Positions 7,433 through 12,001 of a stretch of 12,001 bases of DNA are shown here, piece by piece. Source of the DNA: Candidatus Krumholzibacteriia bacterium. Lineage in GTDB: Bacteria; Krumholzibacteriota; Krumholzibacteriia; LZORAL124-64-63. The notes below the pieces were generated by a model. The model saw nothing but the letters and a program-made list of their open reading frames with translations, made no database searches and was not told where the DNA came from. The translations under genes and the position numbers were made by a program. The stretch's first letter is position 1, and the number at the start of each line of letters is the position of its first letter. The stretch is taken from contig JAZBOO010000090.1 of NCBI GenBank assembly GCA_036351155.1, forward strand, positions 1 to 12,001. Reading direction: 5' to 3'.

Positions 7433-8281
7433 ATGTCCGGGACCATCGACCTGACCCTCGGCCACAGCCCCGATCCTGATGACGCTTTCATGTTCTTTGC
7501 CCTGGCCAAGGACAAGTTCGACACCGGGCCCTACCGCTTCACCCACGTGATGGAAGACATCCAGACCCTGAACGAGCGGGCCACCCGCGGGGAGCTGGAT
7601 ATCACCGCCATCAGCATCCACGCCTACGCCTACGTGCTGGACAAGTATGCCCTGCTGCCCGCCGGGGCCAGCATGGGCTTCGGCTACGGCCCCATGGTGG
7701 TGGCGCCCAGGGCCATTGCACCCGGGGATCTGGCCGGCATGACCATCGCCATTCCCGGCAAGATGACCTCGGCATTCCTGGAACTGCAGCTGGCCATCGG
7801 CCAGTTCGAGGCCGTGCATGTGCCCTTCGACGAAATTATTCCCCGGGTGGCGGATGGGGAATTCCCCGCCGGCCTGATCATCCACGAAGGTCAGCTGACC
7901 TACCAGGACGCCGGTCTGCATGAATGCCTGAACCTGGGCAAGTGGTGGTGGGAAACCACCGGCCACAACGACTGGCCCCTGCCCCTGGGCGGCAACGCCA
8001 TCCACAAGAAGCATGGCGACAAGATGAAAGACATCAGCGACATCCTGACCGCCAGCATCAAGTACAGCCTGGAGAACCGGGCGGCGGCCCTGGACTATGC
8101 CCTGGGCTGGGCCCGGGACATGGGCACCGAACTGGCCGACGAGTTCGTGGGCATGTATGTCAACGACTGGACACTGGACTACGGTGACAGGGGCCGAGCG
8201 GCCATTCGTGAGCTGCTGGGCCGCGGTCACAAGGCCGGATTGATTCCGGAAGTGAAGAATCTGGAGTTCGTCGACGGTTGA
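7433..8281 (+). CDS. mqnD: 1,4-dihydroxy-6-naphthoate synthase (MqnD; MqnA/MqnD family), futalosine menaquinone pathway
   Basis: Motifs LGHSPDPDDAFMFFAL, DIQTLN, SMGFGYGP, IAIPGKMTSAFL, GLIIHEGQLTY, LGKWWWE, PLPLGGN, FVGMYVNDWT. AAGGAG RBS at 7422-7427. Confidence 0.9.
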   Translation: MSGTIDLTLGHSPDPDDAFMFFALAKDKFDTGPYRFTHVMEDIQTLNERATRGELDITAISIHAYAYVLDKYALLPAGASMGFGYGPMVVAPRAIAPGDLAGMTIAIPGKMTSAFLELQLAIGQFEAVHVPFDEIIPRVADGEFPAGLIIHEGQLTYQDAGLHECLNLGKWWWETTGHNDWPLPLGGNAIHKKHGDKMKDISDILTASIKYSLENRAAALDYALGWARDMGTELADEFVGMYVNDWTLDYGDRGRAAIRELLGRGHKAGLIPEVKNLEFVDG

Positions 8282-8293
8282 GACCAGGCCGGA

Positions 8294-8461
8294 TTATTGC
8301 GGAAGCAAGAGATCCATCAATCTGGGTAACAGAAACATGACGACCAGGATGATGACCAGAGCGATGATCCAGCGCAGAGGATTGCGCTTGCGATAGGTGC
8401 GGGGGAACAGGCGTGGCCTTTCCCCCGTTTCTTTCGGGCCTTGATCCGTCATCATGTCCAT
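8294..8461 (-). CDS. Small single-pass membrane protein (55 aa), below the ORF-track length cut-off
   Basis: [55 protein letters not shown]. First ATG overlaps the kinase stop (TGATG); alternative ATGs at 8455 and 8452. Basic stretch followed by a hydrophobic helix. Fills almost the whole gap between the kinase and mqnD. Confidence 0.7.
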   Translation of the reverse strand: MDMMTDQGPKETGERPRLFPRTYRKRNPLRWIIALVIILVVMFLLPRLMDLLLPQ

Positions 8462-10851
8462 CATCCCTTGTCCGGTGTTCCGTCCAGGACCTTGCGTATG
8501 GCCTGGAGCAGGTCGTTGGCGTTGTAAGGCTTGGGCAGGCGCAGGCTCCCGGACAGGGGCTCCCGCCGGCCGCTGGCCAGATCACTATCGAATCCACTGA
8601 CAAATACCACCGGGATTTCCGGACGTTCCTGGCGGATACGATCCGCCAGATCCAGCCCGCCCAGACGGGGCATGACCACGTCCAGCACCAGGGCGTCCAC
8701 CTCGGACCCCATTTCCCGGTACAGATTCCACCCCTCCTCTCCGTCTTCGGCCGTCCGCACGATGTACCCGGCCGACTCCAGGATCCGTTGCCCCAGCTTG
8801 CGCAGCAGAGGCTCGTCTTTGGCCAGCAGGATCCGTTCCGTTCCCGGTAATGCCGCCGCCGCCATGGGACCTTCCTGGAGATCCGGTTTTCCGTGCCCCT
8901 CGGGCAGGTAAATGGTGAAAAGGGAACCTTCACCGGGAGTGCTCTGCACCATGATCATTCCACCGTGCTGCTTGACGATGCCATAGACCGTGGACAGTCC
9001 TAGCCCCGTGCCGGACCCCGGCCCCTTGGTGGAAAAGAACGGTTCGAATAACTTGTCCTGCACATCCTCATCCATGCCCGCGCCCGTGTCCGCGAAGTCC
9101 AGGCGCAGATAGACTCCACCTTCCTGGCCCTGGTTCTGGCGGCAGAACTCATCGTCCAGTTCCTCGCGAGTCAACCGGATGGTGATGGTGCCGCCATCGG
9201 CCATGGCATCTCTCGCGTTGACCGCCAGATTCATGAGGATCTGCTCCAGCTGTCCCTGATCGGCCTTGACCGGGCCCAGTTCCGGCGTGGGCTGGAATGA
9301 AATGGCAATGGTCGGCCCGATCATGCGCTCCATCATGGGCAGCAAGCCGGCAATGACCGCATTCAGGTCGAGATTGGCCGGCTTGAGAATCTGCCGGCGG
9401 CTGAAGGCCAGCAATTGACGCACCAGCACCGCGGCGCGTTCTCCGGCCAGGTGGGCCTGGGTCAAATCTTCACGGGCCGGAGAGTCGTCGGGCAGGTCAT
9501 CCCTGACAAATTCGATGTAGCCTTGAATAGCTTGCAGGATGTTGTTGAAGTCGTGGGCGATCCCACCAGCCAGCTGGCCCACTGCCTGCAGGCGCTGGCT
9601 GATGCGCAGCTGGGATTCCAGCTCCCGCCTCTGAGAAATGTCCCGCCCTACCCCGATGTGTCCTTCCACCACACCCTCGTGATCGCGGAACGCCGTCCCG
9701 AACCAGGAGGTCCAGAATTCTCCCGACGGAGTCACCATGCGGACCTCAAGCTCTTGCCCATCGGCGGAGGCACTGGTGGCGGCAAAAACTCCCTGGAAAA
9801 GTTTCACATCTGCGGGAAAAATCTGCGCAGCAAAAGGTTCCCCCCGCAATTCCTCCTCCGCCTTGCCCAGGAAACGGTTCAAGGTGGGATTGCTGTAGAG
9901 GATCTTGCCCTGCGGATCCACTTTGACCAGGAAGTCCCCCTGGTTTTCGACCAGGAAGCGAAACTGTTCCCGCTCGATGGCCAGCTGTTCCTGACGCCGT
10001 TGATTGGCCACCAGCAGAAGGGCGATCAGCAGCGACAAGGCGAAGCCGATCACGGCCATGACCTCGTCCGCCCGATCCGACAGAAACGACAGACCACTGG
10101 GAGCCATGGTCATCTGCAAGGTCCAGGTTTGGTCCACGATGCGCACCTGGCGCTGTGCCAGACCAGCATATTTGGAGCTGGGTTCGCCCTGGCGGTGATC
10201 ATAGGCCAGACGGCCATCGGGAGTGACCAGCTGGAAATTGAATCGCTCGCGCAGATTCTTTTCGCTCAGGCAGGAGTCCACCAGTTCATCGACCCCAAAG
10301 ACCCCGTTGATGAATCCGACCAGGGCGTCATCTTCCCCGAACACCGGGATATAGGTGGCGAAACCCGGTTCACCCTGGAGCAAGGAGATGAGGGGGGAAC
10401 GGTGGATCACCCGTTTTTCCAGCGCGTAGGCCAGGGCCTCTCGGACACCTGCTGAGGGGTGTTCATGCAGGTCCTTGCCCAGAGCCGCCTGGTTGGTGGC
10501 CTCGGGAACCACGATCCTGATGATCCAGTTTTCATCGATGAAGTTGAGGGCCTGGAACCCAGGATAGAGCTCGATGATACGGTGGGCTCGATGGGTGAAG
10601 TCGGCATCATCTTGGCGGTGGGCTGCGGACCAGTCCTCGGCTAGCTGGGTCAGGACGGCCGCCCGGGTGTCAAACCAGGCTTCGAGCCTCAATTGCACCT
10701 GGTCCGCGGTCACCCCCGTTTCGAGCTCACGACGCTCATTTTCTGCGGTGTCCATGACGTGCCACATGGCCAGAGTCAAAGCCGCCGTGAAAAGAAACAC
10801 CAAGCCGGGCAGCCAGTAGCGCCGCACTTGGTTCTGACCGATTCTGAACAT
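8461..10851 (-). CDS. Hybrid sensor histidine kinase/response regulator (TM, CHASE-like sensor, TM, PAS, HisKA, HATPase_c, REC)
   Basis: Two TM segments flank an extracytoplasmic domain (ALGKDL...[15 protein letters not shown]). PAS/PAC ([13 protein letters not shown]...GVGRDIS). H-box [16 protein letters not shown]-box [18 protein letters not shown]1/F/G2 boxes [23 protein letters not shown] motifs LDVVMP, FVSG, KPY. Confidence 0.95.
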   Translation of the reverse strand: MFRIGQNQVRRYWLPGLVFLFTAALTLAMWHVMDTAENERRELETGVTADQVQLRLEAWFDTRAAVLTQLAEDWSAAHRQDDADFTHRAHRIIELYPGFQALNFIDENWIIRIVVPEATNQAALGKDLHEHPSAGVREALAYALEKRVIHRSPLISLLQGEPGFATYIPVFGEDDALVGFINGVFGVDELVDSCLSEKNLRERFNFQLVTPDGRLAYDHRQGEPSSKYAGLAQRQVRIVDQTWTLQMTMAPSGLSFLSDRADEVMAVIGFALSLLIALLLVANQRRQEQLAIEREQFRFLVENQGDFLVKVDPQGKILYSNPTLNRFLGKAEEELRGEPFAAQIFPADVKLFQGVFAATSASADGQELEVRMVTPSGEFWTSWFGTAFRDHEGVVEGHIGVGRDISQRRELESQLRISQRLQAVGQLAGGIAHDFNNILQAIQGYIEFVRDDLPDDSPAREDLTQAHLAGERAAVLVRQLLAFSRRQILKPANLDLNAVIAGLLPMMERMIGPTIAISFQPTPELGPVKADQGQLEQILMNLAVNARDAMADGGTITIRLTREELDDEFCRQNQGQEGGVYLRLDFADTGAGMDEDVQDKLFEPFFSTKGPGSGTGLGLSTVYGIVKQHGGMIMVQSTPGEGSLFTIYLPEGHGKPDLQEGPMAAAALPGTERILLAKDEPLLRKLGQRILESAGYIVRTAEDGEEGWNLYREMGSEVDALVLDVVMPRLGGLDLADRIRQERPEIPVVFVSGFDSDLASGRREPLSGSLRLPKPYNANDLLQAIRKVLDGTPDKG

Positions 10852-11066
10852 TCCTGTCGCACCCCGATGGTTGGATTGGAAAGTCGGAACCCCCAGTTAC
10901 CGATCCCGCGTCAATCAGGAAACCAGACAGTGATCTTGACGGGAAACGGGAACATGAGCAAGGTGTTTCTTGGACTGCGAGACACGATCACGCTTTTCAC
11001 GCCCGGCCAGTTGTGGCACATTGGGCCCCTTGGAGGAGACCTCGTTCTGCGGGAAGGTGACCATCG

Positions 11067-12001
11067 ATGAAAGTCCGTACCATTGCCGGCCTGGGTATGC
11101 TTTTGCTGAGCGCCGGGTTGCTGTTGATCTATTTTGCCGGGAACGGTGAACCTGAGTCGGCTGAGCCGGAATCCATGAAACCGGTCCCCGGGGTGCCCCG
11201 GGCCATGCAGGCCGCCCCCGACGGCCCCGCCGATGTGACCGCCTTTCTGGACAGCTACAACCGAACCTACCAGCAGCTCTGGACGGCCTTCGAGGGCACC
11301 AGCTGGACCGCCAGCTCCGATATCAGCGAAGAGAACTCGGCGACTCATCGCGCCGCCGCCCTGGAACTGGCGGATTTCGTGGGAGGCCGCACCACCATCG
11401 AGCAACTCCGCCTGTTCAAGGGACGGCTGGACCTGACCCCCTTGCAAGACCGACAGGTCGAGGTGGCGTGGCAACTGGCGGCCCACGTGCCGGGCACCCT
11501 GAGCTCGGTGGTCGAAGATCTGATTGCCACCCGGACCGCCCTGGTCGACTCCCTGTACAGCCACCGCTACACGCTGACCTTGCCCGGCCAGCCGGTTCGC
11601 GAGGTCACCCCCAACGAGATCGACCAGCTGCTGCTGGAAACCCGCGACCCGACGGCACGTCAGCTGATCTGGGAAACCAGCAAGACCGCCGGGCCCGGGC
11701 TCAAGGATGGACTGGTCAAGCTGCAGGGGCTGCGCAATCAGGTGGCCCGGGAAATGGGCTACTCGTCGTTCTTCGCCCTCGAGACAGCCGACTACGGGCT
11801 GAGCAGTCAGGAGATGGTCCGGCTGATGGACGACCTGGTGGCGGGCATGATGCCCCTTTACACTCAGCTGCACTGCTGGGTGCGGCATGAACTGGCCGCC
11901 CGTTACGGAGTCGACGAAGTGCCCACCCTGATCCCCGCCCACTGGCTGGGCAACCGCTGGGCCCAGGAGTGGCCGGGCGTCGTCGCCGGCGTCGACCTGG
12001 A
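11067..12001 (+). CDS. M2 family metallopeptidase (peptidyl-dipeptidase A / ACE-like); C-terminus lies beyond the window edge
   Basis: Manual translation from ATG 11067 (GGAAGGTG upstream): MKVRTIAGLGMLLLSAGLLLIYFAG...FLDSYNRTYQQL...LRNQVAREMGYSSFF...MPLYTQLHCWVRHELAARYG...IPAHWLGNRWAQEW. This matches the ACE-family motifs PLYxxLHxYVR and IPAHLLGNMWAQxW. The HEXXH motif is not reached within the window. Confidence 0.88.
   Translation, partial: MKVRTIAGLGMLLLSAGLLLIYFAGNGEPESAEPESMKPVPGVPRAMQAAPDGPADVTAFLDSYNRTYQQLWTAFEGTSWTASSDISEENSATHRAAALELADFVGGRTTIEQLRLFKGRLDLTPLQDRQVEVAWQLAAHVPGTLSSVVEDLIATRTALVDSLYSHRYTLTLPGQPVREVTPNEIDQLLLETRDPTARQLIWETSKTAGPGLKDGLVKLQGLRNQVAREMGYSSFFALETADYGLSSQEMVRLMDDLVAGMMPLYTQLHCWVRHELAARYGVDEVPTLIPAHWLGNRWAQEWPGVVAGVDL

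Noticed and set aside
8282..8293. Intrinsic terminator between convergent mqnD and the small membrane protein gene
   Set aside because: Only a 12-nt gap, with no strong hairpin plus U-tract visible.
7358..10455. ORFs 7358..8230 (-), 8160..8933 (-), 8413..8850 (+) and 9415..10455 (+)
   Set aside because: Shadow or alternative frames of mqnD and the kinase, with no domain signal.
10693..11070. Plus-strand ORF whose stop overlaps the peptidase ATG (ATGA)
   Set aside because: Its 5' part is antisense to the kinase, the rest crosses the probable divergent promoter region, and the product has no protein-like features. A short leader peptide cannot be fully excluded.
10911..11942. 343-aa minus-strand ORF
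   Set aside because: Antisense shadow of the M2 peptidase, which carries clear family motifs.
1..12001. CRISPR arrays, tandem repeats, IS elements, integrases, tRNA or rRNA genes
   Set aside because: None seen by eye. The window is almost fully coding and looks compositionally uniform.

Overview
GC-rich bacterial chromosomal window with no mobile element, CRISPR array or RNA gene. The minus strand (6204 to beyond position 1) carries a tightly packed six-gene envelope operon: secreted TPR protein, Cys-rich GT9 heptosyltransferase-like enzyme, GT4 glycosyltransferase, small hypothetical protein, NamZ (DUF1343/GH171 exo-beta-N-acetylmuramidase), and a fused nucleotidyltransferase-phosphotransferase (MurU-like + AmgK-like) that runs off the left edge and is missing from the ORF track. 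The most notable observation is that the small protein's TGA 'stop' (2501-2503) is followed in frame by GGCKPDYYN*, giving a candidate U-G-G-C (UxxC) motif, so it may be a selenoprotein. Divergently on the plus strand are an exported, C-terminally anchored protein and mqnD (futalosine menaquinone pathway). On the minus strand, a CHASE-PAS hybrid histidine kinase is followed by an unlisted 55-aa single-TM protein. An ACE-like M2 metallopeptidase, also missing from the ORF track, runs off the right edge.
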